From the NCBI GenBank assembly GCA_045597865.1, contig JAZLKX010000025.1, forward strand, positions 274,573 through 338,572: 64,000 nucleotides of DNA. Direction: 5' to 3'. Positions within the stretch are counted from its first letter, which is position 1, and every line of letters starts with the position of its first letter. A program made the translations under genes and the position numbers. Below are positions 36,835-46,272 of this stretch, one piece after another. A model generated the notes under the pieces. It ran no database searches. It had not been told where the DNA came from and saw nothing but the letters and a program-made list of their open reading frames with translations. Source of the DNA: Bacilli bacterium (lineage in GTDB: Bacteria; Bacillota_I; Bacilli_A; RFN20; CAG-826).

Positions 36835-38205
36835 TTATTCCTCTAATTGTTTTTCTAAGTAAGCACGAACTTCACTAATTGGAAGTCTGATTTGTTCCAT
36901 TGTGTCTCTATTACGAATTGTGACGCTCTTATCATTTGGAGTATCAAAGTCAACTGTAATACAAAATGGAGTTCCGATAGCGTCTTGTCTACGATATCTC
37001 TTACCAATTGAGGCAGTTTCATCATAGGAAACACTAAAGTGTTTTGCTAAATCGAGTTGTAATTCTCTTGCGAATTCTCTTTGCTCTTTAGAGAGTGGTA
37101 AAACTGTTGCTAAATATGGAGCAAGTTTTGGAGCAAAATGCATTACAATTCTGCTATCGTTTTCTAATTGTTCAACATCGTATGCTTCGCATGCAACCAT
37201 TAGGAAGATACGATCAACACCCATAGATGGTTCGATACAATATGGGATGTATTTTTCGTTTGTCTCTGGATCAAGGTATTCAAGTGATTGCTTTGAAGCA
37301 TCCATATGACGTTTAAGGTCATAGTCAGTTCTATCAGCAACACCTAAAATTTCACCCCATCCAATTCCTGGGAATAAGTACTCAACGTCACATGTTCCTT
37401 TGGAATAGAATGCTAATTCTTCTGGTTCGTGGTCTCTATAACGTAAATTCTTTTCACCAATTCCGAGTGATTCAAGGAATTTTAAGCTATAATCTTTCCA
37501 GTATTTGAACCATTCAAGGTCTGTTCCTGGTTTACAGAAGAATTCACATTCCATTTGTTCGAATTCACGAACACGGAAGATAAAGTTACCTGGTGTAATT
37601 TCATTACGGAAGGATTTTCCGATAGCGCAAATACCAAATGGTATTTTCTTTCTGCTTGAACGCTGAACGTTCTTAAAGTTAACGAACATACCTTGGGCTG
37701 TTTCTGGACGTAAGTAAACTAAAGATTCACTTGCTTCAGTAACACCAATGTGTGTTCTAAACATCATGTTAAATTGTCTAATGTCTGTGAAATCTGATTT
37801 ACCACAAACTGGACATTTAACTTTGTTATCTCTGATAAATTCCATCATTTGTTCTTGGGTCATACCATGAACATCAACATCTGGGAATTGTTCTTCAATT
37901 AAATTGTCAGCTCTATGTCTTGCGTGACATGACTTGCAGTCAATTAATGGATCTGAGAAAGTTGCAACGTGTCCTGTTGCTTTCCAAACTCCTGGATTCA
38001 TTAAAATAGCAGCATCAATACCAACATTTGTTGGAGATTCTTGAACGAATTTCTTCCAATAAGCTTTCTTAATGTTGTTTTTCAATTCAACACCTAATGG
38101 ACCGTAGTCCCATGAGTTAGATAGTCCACCATAGATTTCTGAATCTGGGTAAACAAATCCACTTGTGATTAAGTGATTCACTATTTCATCAAATTTCTTT
38201 TCCAT
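36835..38205 (-). CDS. glyQS: Glycine--tRNA ligase (homodimeric GlyQS type)
   Basis: 456 aa with class II motifs (FRNEITP, RVREFEQMECEFF) and GVDR. Confidence 0.95.
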   Translation of the reverse strand: MEKKFDEIVNHLITSGFVYPDSEIYGGLSNSWDYGPLGVELKNNIKKAYWKKFVQESPTNVGIDAAILMNPGVWKATGHVATFSDPLIDCKSCHARHRADNLIEEQFPDVDVHGMTQEQMMEFIRDNKVKCPVCGKSDFTDIRQFNMMFRTHIGVTEASESLVYLRPETAQGMFVNFKNVQRSSRKKIPFGICAIGKSFRNEITPGNFIFRVREFEQMECEFFCKPGTDLEWFKYWKDYSLKFLESLGIGEKNLRYRDHEPEELAFYSKGTCDVEYLFPGIGWGEILGVADRTDYDLKRHMDASKQSLEYLDPETNEKYIPYCIEPSMGVDRIFLMVACEAYDVEQLENDSRIVMHFAPKLAPYLATVLPLSKEQREFARELQLDLAKHFSVSYDETASIGKRYRRQDAIGTPFCITVDFDTPNDKSVTIRNRDTMEQIRLPISEVRAYLEKQLEE

Positions 38206-38239
38206 ATATTATGAACCTCATTTAAAAATGATAGCGATA

Positions 38240-38268
38240 AATATCTACCTTTTCAACTAAATTGTCAA
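38240..38268 (-). promoter_or_regulatory. Putative glyQS promoter (TTGACA-17 nt-GATATT)
   Basis: Minus-strand TTGACA at 38263-38268 and GATATT at 38240-38245. SD GAGG before the ATG. The 82-nt gap is too short for a T-box. Confidence 0.45.
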
Positions 38269-38287
38269 CCTATTTTAAGTGTACTTC

Positions 38288-39004
38288 TTAAATTTGGCTT
38301 AACAAAGTTAAAGATTTAAATCTAATTTGAGATGTCCAATCAAGGAAATCAGCTAATTCGAAAATTATATTTTTTATTTCTTCTTTACCAAAGGTAACTC
38401 TTGTAAAATTATCTAAATCTACTTTAAAGATATAACGCATTATTTTAAGCTTTCTGACATCAGTTTTTGTGTGTTTAGATTCATCAAAACAATTTTCACA
38501 AATAAATCCGCCGTCTTTATAAGAAAGCGATATTATTGATGAAGTTTTTCCACAAACGGCACATTTATCAACGTTTAAACCATAACCCGCAACAACCAAA
38601 ACATGAGCAAAATAGATTGCGAGAGCTGTCCAAGCATCAAAACCGCCATTCAAACTTTCAAGAGTTTTGCTTAAATAATCATAAATATTTTCAGCGTCAT
38701 TTGATTCAAGCAAAGTATTAGTTAATTCTGACACAAAATCTAGAATTGCAAGTTTTTCTAAATCGCCACTAATATTTGGAAATGAGTCAATAACTTCACC
38801 CACTCTAAGCCAGTCTCCTTCTTTGCCATGAAAGACCTGTAATCTAGACTTTGTGAATAAATTCACACTTGGAGCATTTTTGGAGGTCATTTTTAAAACA
38901 CCTTTTGCCAAAAACGAACGTATTCCGTCTTTAGTTAAAACAGTTATCATTGCTGCACCTTCTTTAAAAGTTGTGCGTTTAATAACTATGCCTTCAAATT
39001 CCAT
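38288..39004 (-). CDS. recO: DNA repair protein RecO
   Basis: 238 aa with an N-terminal OB region and zinc finger CAVCG...CENC. Follows era with a 1-nt overlap. Confidence 0.85.
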   Translation of the reverse strand: MEFEGIVIKRTTFKEGAAMITVLTKDGIRSFLAKGVLKMTSKNAPSVNLFTKSRLQVFHGKEGDWLRVGEVIDSFPNISGDLEKLAILDFVSELTNTLLESNDAENIYDYLSKTLESLNGGFDAWTALAIYFAHVLVVAGYGLNVDKCAVCGKTSSIISLSYKDGGFICENCFDESKHTKTDVRKLKIMRYIFKVDLDNFTRVTFGKEEIKNIIFELADFLDWTSQIRFKSLTLLSQI

Positions 39005-39876
39005 TATTTGTAGCCTAATTCTTTTAAAATTCTTGGATTATTCAACCAGTCTTCTTTAACTGAGACAAATAACTCAAGGAAAATTCTCTTATTATAGTAT
39101 TCTTCAAGATCGGTTCTAGCTTTCATGCCGATAGCTTTAATGCGTTTTCCGCCTTTGCCAATAACAATGCCTTTGTGTGATTCTTTATCTACGATAATAG
39201 TAGCGCGAATATAAACTGCTTCGCTCTTTGATTTTATTTCATCAACACGAACTGCTAAATCGTGAGGCACTTCGTCCTTTAGAAGCTTTAATAACTTCTC
39301 GCGAATTACTTCGCTAATCATAAAGTTAGAATCTTTATCTGTAACTTGGTCTTCGGCAAAGTATCTTGGGCCTTCTTGAATGACTTCCTTAACTTTGTTA
39401 AGAAGAGTATCAATACCAAAGTTTTCAATTGCTGATGCTTCAATAAGTTCAGCGTGAGGATAAGCTTCTTGATACTTAGCTTTAATTGCTTGCACTTCAT
39501 TAATTCTCTTCAAGTCAATTTTATTGATGACAATGAATAAAGGAATGTTTTTAGGAAGAGATTCATTAATGAATTCATCTCCAGCATCAAATTTTCTAGA
39601 GGCATCCACCACTAAAATATTTGCATCAACATCTTTTGCACTATCAAGAGCTTCTTTATTCATAAAGTTGCCAAGTTCATGGTTTGCTTTATGAATTCCT
39701 GGAGTATCAATAAAGATAATTTGATATTCTCCATCATCGTAAATTCCTTTAATGGAATTACGTGTTGTTTGAGCCTTTTCAGTGACAATTGAAAGCTTAC
39801 GCTCTAAAAGAGCGTTAATAATTGTAGACTTACCTGCATTTGGTCTACCAACAATTGACACGAATCCGCTTTTCAT
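39004..39876 (-). CDS. era: GTPase Era
   Basis: GRPNAGKST, DTPG and NKID G motifs plus a C-terminal KH domain (VIGKGGKRIK). Confidence 0.95.
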   Translation of the reverse strand: MKSGFVSIVGRPNAGKSTIINALLERKLSIVTEKAQTTRNSIKGIYDDGEYQIIFIDTPGIHKANHELGNFMNKEALDSAKDVDANILVVDASRKFDAGDEFINESLPKNIPLFIVINKIDLKRINEVQAIKAKYQEAYPHAELIEASAIENFGIDTLLNKVKEVIQEGPRYFAEDQVTDKDSNFMISEVIREKLLKLLKDEVPHDLAVRVDEIKSKSEAVYIRATIIVDKESHKGIVIGKGGKRIKAIGMKARTDLEEYYNKRIFLELFVSVKEDWLNNPRILKELGYK

Positions 39877-40277
39877 TATTTTAAATCGTCTGCTGAGAAT
39901 GCAAATGGAAGAAGCTCAACAATGTTGGTTTCTTGAACTGCACCCTTTAAGTTTGCCATGTAAATAGGAGCATCTTTTGGGAAAAGTTCACTAATGACTT
40001 GTCTGCAAGCTCCGCATGGTGAACACGGTTCATCTGTATCAGCAATTAATGCTAATGCCACCATATCTTCTTTCTTAACGCCATTCATTTTTGCATTATA
40101 AAGTGCATTTCTTTCAGCACACATGCAAAGTGGGTATGAAGAATTTTCGACATTTGCGCCAAGATAAACTTTTCCGTCTTTACATAGTAAAGCTGCACCA
40201 ACTGCAAAGTGTGAGTATGGTGAGTAAGAAAGTTTTCTAGCTTCTTTTGCTTTTTCAATAAGTTCTTCTGGTTTCAT
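39876..40277 (-). CDS. cdd: Cytidine deaminase
   Basis: 133 aa with CAERNA and CSPCGACRQ zinc motifs. Confidence 0.9.
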   Translation of the reverse strand: MKPEELIEKAKEARKLSYSPYSHFAVGAALLCKDGKVYLGANVENSSYPLCMCAERNALYNAKMNGVKKEDMVALALIADTDEPCSPCGACRQVISELFPKDAPIYMANLKGAVQETNIVELLPFAFSADDLK

Positions 40278-40723
40278 TATTTGAGTCCTCCCAAAATTTC
40301 ATCCTGTAATTTAAACATTACAATTTCATCTTCTTTTTTCATGTGATCATAACCGAGTAAATGAAGCATGCCGTGTGTAAATAAGAACGACATTTCTCTT
40401 AAAAGAGAATGCCCATATTCTTTTGCTTGCTCCTCGGCTTTTTCAAACGAAATGATGATTTCACCCAAAGAAATTGGTCCGCCTTTAAGCTTTTTCTCTG
40501 ATTCTTCATCTTGGAAAGCAAAGCTTATGACGTCAGTTGGTCGATCTACAAATCGATAATATTTGTTGATTACATGAATATCTGCATTGTTCATAATTGT
40601 AACATCAGTCATGTATTCGCCTTTTAGACCAAGATGCTTAAAGATTTTAACGTACAATTCGTTAAATACTTTCTCGTAAGAATCAAATTCTTTTGGTCCG
40701 TGATTTGTAAATTCCAATACCAT
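40277..40723 (-). CDS. ybeY: rRNA maturation endoribonuclease YbeY
   Basis: 148 aa with HGMLHLLGYDH metal motif. Confidence 0.9.
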   Translation of the reverse strand: MVLEFTNHGPKEFDSYEKVFNELYVKIFKHLGLKGEYMTDVTIMNNADIHVINKYYRFVDRPTDVISFAFQDEESEKKLKGGPISLGEIIISFEKAEEQAKEYGHSLLREMSFLFTHGMLHLLGYDHMKKEDEIVMFKLQDEILGGLK

Positions 40724-40766
40724 AATTCTTGGGAAAGTATTATAACATACTTTATTGTTAATTCAT

Positions 40767-41939
40767 CTATAAATTACATTTATCAAAGAAGACGCACTCG
40801 GATTTATACATTTCTTTCCTGTTGGAAAGACCCTCAATTAATTGTGAATAAGAACTGAAACCAACGTAATAGAGTCCGAAGTGGAATATTACGTAATTAC
40901 AGCCGCTTGCGCCAGTTAAAAACATCATCGTTAAAGCAAACGCAAATGCAAGTACAATATAAACAATTTGTTTTAACTTATTTGTAATTGCTGTTTCATT
41001 TGCAAGGCTATTTGCTTTATAAGCATAATCAGCGCACATCTCTTTAGTTTCAAAACATTTTTCTTCGTATCTACCAATTTTATAACGTTTATCCTCAAAC
41101 GATTTTGAAAATAAAGTCATTTCTAATATTTTGACAAGAACTAGAGCAATTAAAGCAAACACATTTCTAAAATCATTTAAGCAAAGCAAAAATGTAATCA
41201 TAAAAGCAACTAAAACTGAGCTTAATAAACTACGAGAAGTTGAGAAATAATTTTGCTTAAAACCGATGTATTCCAAATAGCTTAATTTTGTTTGATTTGA
41301 ACGCCTTGAAAAATATGGGTCAATATATTCATTATCAAAGAAATTTATTTCTTTGTTAATTATAATATTCTCTATAATTTGAGTGCCCATAAATAAGAAC
41401 AAAAATAGCAACGAAAAAATGGCATTTTCTTGATTGTTTAGTAAGTAAAAAGTTGCTATTAAAATTGCAGAAGAAAACACGGAAGTAATGGTTTCTAATA
41501 CTTTTAGTTTTGTAGGCAAAATTGAACGACGAATTTTGCTAATTTCACCCATGCAATCAGTTGAATCTACTTCTATTATGATTCTTGTCCAAATCGCGAA
41601 AAATTCATCTTTCTTTAATTTAGTTACTCCAAATTCTGGATCAAGAAAAACAATTCTTTTCTTAGTAACTTTCTTAATCATTACGACGTGATTCCCACGT
41701 ATTAGTGTTAAAGATGGTGTTTTTAGTTGATCATAATAATCATCTTCACAACTGTAGGACGATAGTTTCAATCCATGCAAAGCAGCTTCTTTACAAATAT
41801 CATCTACTGTAAAAGCTCCTTTTCTTTTAATCTTCTTTACATATAAATAGGATTTGTCCTTACTTAGATGCGCCATCAACATCTTTAAACTGGTAAAGCC
41901 ACAATCATGGTCATTACCTTGGAAAATAAAATATTTCAT
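40767..41939 (-). CDS. Peptidase C39-like domain fused to a roughly 6-helix membrane domain; no ABC ATPase domain
   Basis: 390 aa. N-terminal FQGNDHDCGFTSL (Q7, C13), GNHVVMI (H84) and FLDPEFG (D100) form a C39 catalytic set. Residues about 150-385 are hydrophobic helices. Strong SD AGGAGG. Confidence 0.7.
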   Translation of the reverse strand: MKYFIFQGNDHDCGFTSLKMLMAHLSKDKSYLYVKKIKRKGAFTVDDICKEAALHGLKLSSYSCEDDYYDQLKTPSLTLIRGNHVVMIKKVTKKRIVFLDPEFGVTKLKKDEFFAIWTRIIIEVDSTDCMGEISKIRRSILPTKLKVLETITSVFSSAILIATFYLLNNQENAIFSLLFLFLFMGTQIIENIIINKEINFFDNEYIDPYFSRRSNQTKLSYLEYIGFKQNYFSTSRSLLSSVLVAFMITFLLCLNDFRNVFALIALVLVKILEMTLFSKSFEDKRYKIGRYEEKCFETKEMCADYAYKANSLANETAITNKLKQIVYIVLAFAFALTMMFLTGASGCNYVIFHFGLYYVGFSSYSQLIEGLSNRKEMYKSECVFFDKCNL

Positions 41940-41997
41940 TAAAAAATCCTCCTAATTATAATTTCCGGAGAATTTTACAAAAGTGATAAAAAATTTA

Positions 41998-42029
41998 AAA
42001 AAGAACCCATAAGGGTTCTTTATTTTTTT
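41998..42029 (-). terminator. Bidirectional hairpin terminator after rpsU
   Basis: AAGAACCC-ATAA-GGGTTCTT perfect 8-bp stem flanked by A/T runs. Confidence 0.7.
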
Positions 42030-42034
42030 GCTAA

Positions 42035-42208
42035 TTAATAAGCTTTACGACGAGCCATCTCAGATTTGATTTTTCTCTTTAAACCTTTTTTGAGATAGAA
42101 TTCTCTTTTACGTGCTTCAAGAAGAACGCCTGATTTGTTGACTTGTCTTTTAAAGCGACGAAGAGCTTCGTCTAATTGTTCATTTTCGCGAACGACAATT
42201 TTTGGCAT
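42035..42208 (-). CDS. rpsU: 30S ribosomal protein S21
   Basis: Hand-translated 57 aa [57 protein letters not shown] with SD AAGGAAG. Below the ORF-track cutoff. Confidence 0.9.
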   Translation of the reverse strand: MPKIVVRENEQLDEALRRFKRQVNKSGVLLEARKREFYLKKGLKRKIKSEMARRKAY

Positions 42209-42248
42209 ATTTTTTCACTTCCTTTCGTACGTAACGGCAGTAAATATA

Positions 42249-42893
42249 TTACTCGCCTTTAACAATTGCAACCCCGCATGATGCGCCAATACGGCTAGCA
42301 CCTGCGTCAATCATGGCTTGAGCTTCTTCCTTGGAATGAATTCCACCTGAAGCTTTTACACCAATTTCTGGGCCAACAGCTTTTCTCATTAATTCAACTG
42401 CGTGTGTAGTTGCTCCACCTTTTGAGAATCCAGTGGATGTTTTAACATAGTCAGCACCACCACGAACGCATGCTTTTGAGCATTCGACGATTTCATCGTC
42501 AGTTAATAAACATGTTTCAAGAATTACTTTGAGTAAAACTTTCTTACAAGCTTTCTTAACAAGTCTAACTTCTTTTTCAATGTAATCATAGTTGTGCTCT
42601 TTAGCCATAGAGTCATTTAAGACCATATCAACTTCTGTTGCACCAGCTTTGATTGCAAGTTTTGCTTCGTAAGCTTTGCTTTCTGGTAATGTAGCACCTA
42701 ATGGGAAACCAACGACTGTACAGACTTTTACATCGCTGCCTTTAAGTTCTTTTGCAGCAACTGGAACAAAGCCTGGGTTAACGCATACGGATGCAAAATG
42801 AAATTCTTTTGCTTCTTCACATAATTTTACAATAGCTTCTGTTGAAGCGTCTTGTTTGAGAAGAGTGTGATCAATCATCTTTGCGATTTCCAT
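42249..42893 (-). CDS. deoC: Deoxyribose-phosphate aldolase
   Basis: 214 aa with [18 protein letters not shown] and the Schiff-base Lys context GVKASGGI. Confidence 0.9.
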   Translation of the reverse strand: MEIAKMIDHTLLKQDASTEAIVKLCEEAKEFHFASVCVNPGFVPVAAKELKGSDVKVCTVVGFPLGATLPESKAYEAKLAIKAGATEVDMVLNDSMAKEHNYDYIEKEVRLVKKACKKVLLKVILETCLLTDDEIVECSKACVRGGADYVKTSTGFSKGGATTHAVELMRKAVGPEIGVKASGGIHSKEEAQAMIDAGASRIGASCGVAIVKGE

Positions 42894-42920
42894 AAGTTTC
42901 TCCTTTAATTAAATAGAAAA

Positions 42921-43115
42921 CTATTTATCTTCCTTATCTGCTTTTTTTGCAACGACATTTTTGCCATTGTAATAACCGCATTTTGGACAAACGTTGTGTG
43001 ATTTAATCATTGCACCACAGTTTGGGCATTTGACTAATCCTTTAACAGCTAATTTGAAGTGTGTTCTTCTTAATCTTTTTGCTGTTTTTGATGTTCTTCT
43101 TTGTGGGACTGCCAT
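42921..43115 (-). CDS. rpmF: 50S ribosomal protein L32 (zinc-ribbon type)
   Basis: [19 protein letters not shown]...CPNCG...CPKCG. ATG 43115 has SD AGGAGG. The track start at 43142 is upstream of the SD. Confidence 0.9.
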   Translation of the reverse strand: MAVPQRRTSKTAKRLRRTHFKLAVKGLVKCPNCGAMIKSHNVCPKCGYYNGKNVVAKKADKEDK

Positions 43116-43144
43116 AGAGATTTCCTCCTTGTTTAACGACAAAG

Positions 43145-43172
43145 ATTATACGTTAATAAATATATTAATCAA
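43145..43172 (-). promoter_or_regulatory. Putative rpmF promoter (TTGATT-16 nt-TATAAT)
   Basis: Minus-strand TTGATT at 43167-43172 and TATAAT at 43145-43150. Confidence 0.5.
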
Positions 43173-43217
43173 TAAATTTTCATACTATGTACAAAAATTA
43201 ATTAAATTGTTTCGATT

Positions 43218-44465
43218 TTATCGCACTTTTATTTTGTGAATTTTTCCAATGTATTCGTCAGGCAAATCTGCCTCTAATTTAATATAATTAGATGTAAAGC
43301 CTGACAGCAAACCACTATTTTTGTTTCTCTCTTCGAGAATAACTTCAAGCTCTTGGTTTTTGAATTTTTCGATATATTCTTTTTGAAGTTTATTTGATAA
43401 CTCTATAAGAGAATTGACTCTTTCACTTTTAATTTCAGGTTTAACTTGGTCAGGCATCGAGAAAGCTTTTGTTCCTTCTCTTGCTGAAAATGGGAATACG
43501 TGTAATTCTGCAAAGTTAACTTCTTTAATAAAACTATATGTTTCTTCAAACTCTTCTTTTGTTTCACCTGGAAATCCCACAATTACGTCTGTTGTAATTG
43601 CAATATTTGGTCTAACTTCTCTAATCATATTAACTTTGTTAATAAAATCATTGACATTATATTTTCTGCACATACGTTTTAGCACTGATCGAGAGCCACT
43701 TTGTAAAGGCATGTGAAGATGATCTGCGATTTGGGGATACTTACTCAGTAAAGAAATAAACTTAGCATCAATTTCACTTTCTTCAATTGATGAAATACGA
43801 AGTCTATAAAGTCCAGGAATATTACAAATTTCTTCGACTAAATCGGAGAAAGAACACTCTTTGTTATCTAAACCATAATGTGCTGTATGAATTCCAGTCA
43901 AAACGATTTCTTTAAAACCATGGTTAACTAAAGTTGTGATTTCTTCAATAACTTCTGCTTTTGGCCTAGAACGAGCTACACCTCGAGTATATGGGATTGT
44001 GCAATAAGAACAGAAATTGTTACAACCATCCTCTACTTTTACATAGGCTCTAGTTGAGTTTGGAATAGCAATTGTTCCGAAAGATTCATATTTAAATTTA
44101 CGAGGGTTATTCCCAATTGAAATTATTGGTTTCTTTTCTTTTAAGAAAAGTTGCACCATTTCTACAAGTCTATTCCTATTCGACGTTCCAACAATAATAT
44201 CTGCACCGCATTCCTTTTTTGCGTATTCAGAATTCTTTTGGGTATAGCAACCCATAACTACGATAATTGCGTCTTTATTGTTACGTTTTTCTCTACGAAT
44301 AATTTGTCTAGATTTTTGATCTGCGACTGCAGTTACTGAGCAAGTGTTAATAACAACAATGTCTGGTTTACAGTTTTCATCAAATCCATTTTTTAAAAAT
44401 AGCTCTTTAAGAGCATTTGATTCATATGAATTAACCTTGCAACCAAGGGAAATAAATTTTAACAT
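43218..44465 (-). CDS. mtaB: tRNA threonylcarbamoyladenosine methylthiotransferase MtaB (YqeV, radical SAM)
   Basis: 415 aa with UPF0004 N-domain, CNNFCSYC radical-SAM motif and TRAM-like C-terminus. Follows rsmE as in the Bacillus dnaK operon. Confidence 0.85.
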   Translation of the reverse strand: MLKFISLGCKVNSYESNALKELFLKNGFDENCKPDIVVINTCSVTAVADQKSRQIIRREKRNNKDAIIVVMGCYTQKNSEYAKKECGADIIVGTSNRNRLVEMVQLFLKEKKPIISIGNNPRKFKYESFGTIAIPNSTRAYVKVEDGCNNFCSYCTIPYTRGVARSRPKAEVIEEITTLVNHGFKEIVLTGIHTAHYGLDNKECSFSDLVEEICNIPGLYRLRISSIEESEIDAKFISLLSKYPQIADHLHMPLQSGSRSVLKRMCRKYNVNDFINKVNMIREVRPNIAITTDVIVGFPGETKEEFEETYSFIKEVNFAELHVFPFSAREGTKAFSMPDQVKPEIKSERVNSLIELSNKLQKEYIEKFKNQELEVILEERNKNSGLLSGFTSNYIKLEADLPDEYIGKIHKIKVR

Positions 44466-45187
44466 TATTTTCTTTCCAAATGATTTGAGATTACGCTTAA
44501 AGCGTAAAATGATGCAGTTTCAGCACGTAAAATACGTTTTCCTAAACTGACACGTTTATAACCAGCAGCAACTGCCATATCAACTTCATGTTCGCTGAAA
44601 CCACCTTCTGGTCCAACAACAATTGCAACTTTTTGTTTATCTTTGATAGATCTAATAATTGAGTTAAATGATTCGGTTGCGCCGCTTTCTTCTTCGTATG
44701 CAATCATTTTTACTTGAGCATCAACATCGCCAAGTTGTTTCATATCAATAACTCGATAAAGCATAGGAATCTTAGTTCTCTTGCATTGTTCCGCAGCTTC
44801 TTTGAGAATTCGTCTGTATCGTTCTAATTTGAGGTCTTTTTCAGCAGGTTTAATCTTAACAATAGTTCTTTCTGTTTGAAGCAAAATGATTTCGCCAACT
44901 CCAAGTTCAGTTGCTTTTTGTAAAACAAAGTCCATTTTTTCGCCTTTAATCAAAGCTGCAATTAGGATGACATGATTCTTAAGTTCATGATTTTCTTTAA
45001 TTTGTCTAACAACATCGATTTCGATATGTGGTTTTAATTGAGAAACTTTGCACAAGAAAACTTTTTCGTTTGAGACTACTTCAATTTCATCTCCAACTCT
45101 AGCACGCATGACTTTAGTCAAATGAAAAATATCGTCATCTCCAAGTAAAACTTGGTCTGTGATAATTTGTCCAAAATATCTTTGCAT
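44465..45187 (-). CDS. rsmE: 16S rRNA (uracil1498-N3)-methyltransferase RsmE
   Basis: 240 aa with a PUA-like N-terminus and SPOUT C-terminus (VGPEGGFS..E, LGKRILRAETA). Confidence 0.85.
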   Translation of the reverse strand: MQRYFGQIITDQVLLGDDDIFHLTKVMRARVGDEIEVVSNEKVFLCKVSQLKPHIEIDVVRQIKENHELKNHVILIAALIKGEKMDFVLQKATELGVGEIILLQTERTIVKIKPAEKDLKLERYRRILKEAAEQCKRTKIPMLYRVIDMKQLGDVDAQVKMIAYEEESGATESFNSIIRSIKDKQKVAIVVGPEGGFSEHEVDMAVAAGYKRVSLGKRILRAETASFYALSVISNHLERK

Positions 45188-45624
45188 TATTTTAAAAATG
45201 CTCCAGAACTATCAGTAATACTGCGTGAAACTAAGTAATGGACGCCAACACCAATCATGATAGCTTCCAAAACGAAATAGAAAATTAAGTAAGCAAAAGG
45301 ACTATTCCATTTTGCAACAAAATAAATTAATGAACCTAATCCGGCAATTGAAAAAACAGAAATTGCCAAAGCAATAAAACCCTTTTTCTTAAATCCTAAG
45401 TAAAAAGAGTTTGCTCCAAAAATGCCTAAGAAAATTGCTAGAATTGCAGCAACAACTTTTGAATGATATTTAAGTTGATCTGCGTGTTCAACTTGTTCAA
45501 TAACTTTAGTTATATCTTGTGTTTGGCCGCTATCACCTTCGAGAGGTTTTGGGCAACCACAAAATGGGCAAACATCTTTGTCTAATCTAGTAATATCTGC
45601 GTGACAACTTCTACACTTAGCCAT
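45187..45624 (-). CDS. Zinc-ribbon / TM2-domain membrane protein
   Basis: 145 aa with N-terminal CRSC...CPFCGC and a C-terminal TM2-like segment (AAILAIFLGIFGANSFYLG). Confidence 0.6.
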   Translation of the reverse strand: MAKCRSCHADITRLDKDVCPFCGCPKPLEGDSGQTQDITKVIEQVEHADQLKYHSKVVAAILAIFLGIFGANSFYLGFKKKGFIALAISVFSIAGLGSLIYFVAKWNSPFAYLIFYFVLEAIMIGVGVHYLVSRSITDSSGAFLK

Positions 45625-45661
45625 AATCGTCAGTTATTATATAATAATTCAAGCATATACG

Positions 45662-45695
45662 CAAAAGAAAAAGGTTCCAATTTAATTTGAAACCT
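45662..45695 (-). terminator. Rho-independent terminator after the deaminase gene
   Basis: Minus-strand AGGTTTCAA...TTGGAACCT (one G-U pair) followed by UUUUCUUUU. Confidence 0.6.
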
Positions 45696-45708
45696 TTGTT
45701 CTGTTTAA

Positions 45709-46167
45709 TTAATAAGCTGTTTTGTCAGCAATATTTTTATATTCTTCGTAGAGTTTTAGGCAAGCTTTACGGTCGAGCTCAACAACCATCTTTTCGCGTC
45801 CACCATTTTCATTAAACTCATAGAAAACTTTATCACGGAAACCAATGTCTTCTGTGTCAACGATATTACATCCGTAATATACTTTTTCAATATTGGCCCA
45901 GAGAATTGCTGCCATACACATTGGGCAAGGCTCGCCAGTTGTGTATAATTCACATCCACTTAAATCGAATGTTCCAAGCTTTTTACAAGCTTTGTGAATT
46001 GCCATCATTTCACCATGGCAGGTTGGATCGTTGTTTTTAACAACTTCATTGTGGCCTTTTCCGATAACTTCACCATCTTTGACAATAACAGCACCAAATG
46101 GTCCGCCGTGTCCATGACGAATGCCCTTACGAGCTTCGAGAATTGCCATATGCATATATTTGTTCAT
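45709..46167 (-). CDS. CDA-fold nucleoside/nucleobase deaminase, guanine deaminase (GuaD)-like
   Basis: 152 aa with GGPFGAVIVKDGEVIG, DPTCHGEMMAI and PCPMCMAAI, closest in pattern to B. subtilis GuaD and not to TadA. Confidence 0.7.
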   Translation of the reverse strand: MNKYMHMAILEARKGIRHGHGGPFGAVIVKDGEVIGKGHNEVVKNNDPTCHGEMMAIHKACKKLGTFDLSGCELYTTGEPCPMCMAAILWANIEKVYYGCNIVDTEDIGFRDKVFYEFNENGGREKMVVELDRKACLKLYEEYKNIADKTAY

Positions 46168-46232
46168 AAACTTACCTCGTTTTCTATTTTATCATAGAAA
46201 GATTAAAATTAAATTTTTTATTTTAAAAAATG

Positions 46233-46256
46233 AAAAAAAGACCGATTTCTCGGTCT
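46233..46256 (-). terminator. Rho-independent terminator after dnaJ
   Basis: Minus-strand AGACCGA-GAAA-TCGGTCT followed by UUUUUUU. Confidence 0.75.
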
Positions 46257-46272
46257 TGTAAATACAAAGTAT

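Noticed and set aside
38240-38262. Partial resemblance to the TTAGTAG motif (minus strand ATTTAGTtgaaaagGTAGATATTTA)
   Set aside because: The two halves are interrupted by 7 nt, the phase and T4 tail are missing, and the sequence is adequately explained as the spacer and -10 of the glyQS promoter.
36835-38287. T-box riboswitch leaders upstream of glyQS (also hisS at 2621-2714)
   Set aside because: The upstream gaps are only 82 and 94 nt, far shorter than a T-box leader. No T-box consensus (AANNNGGGTGGTACCGCG-like) is visible.
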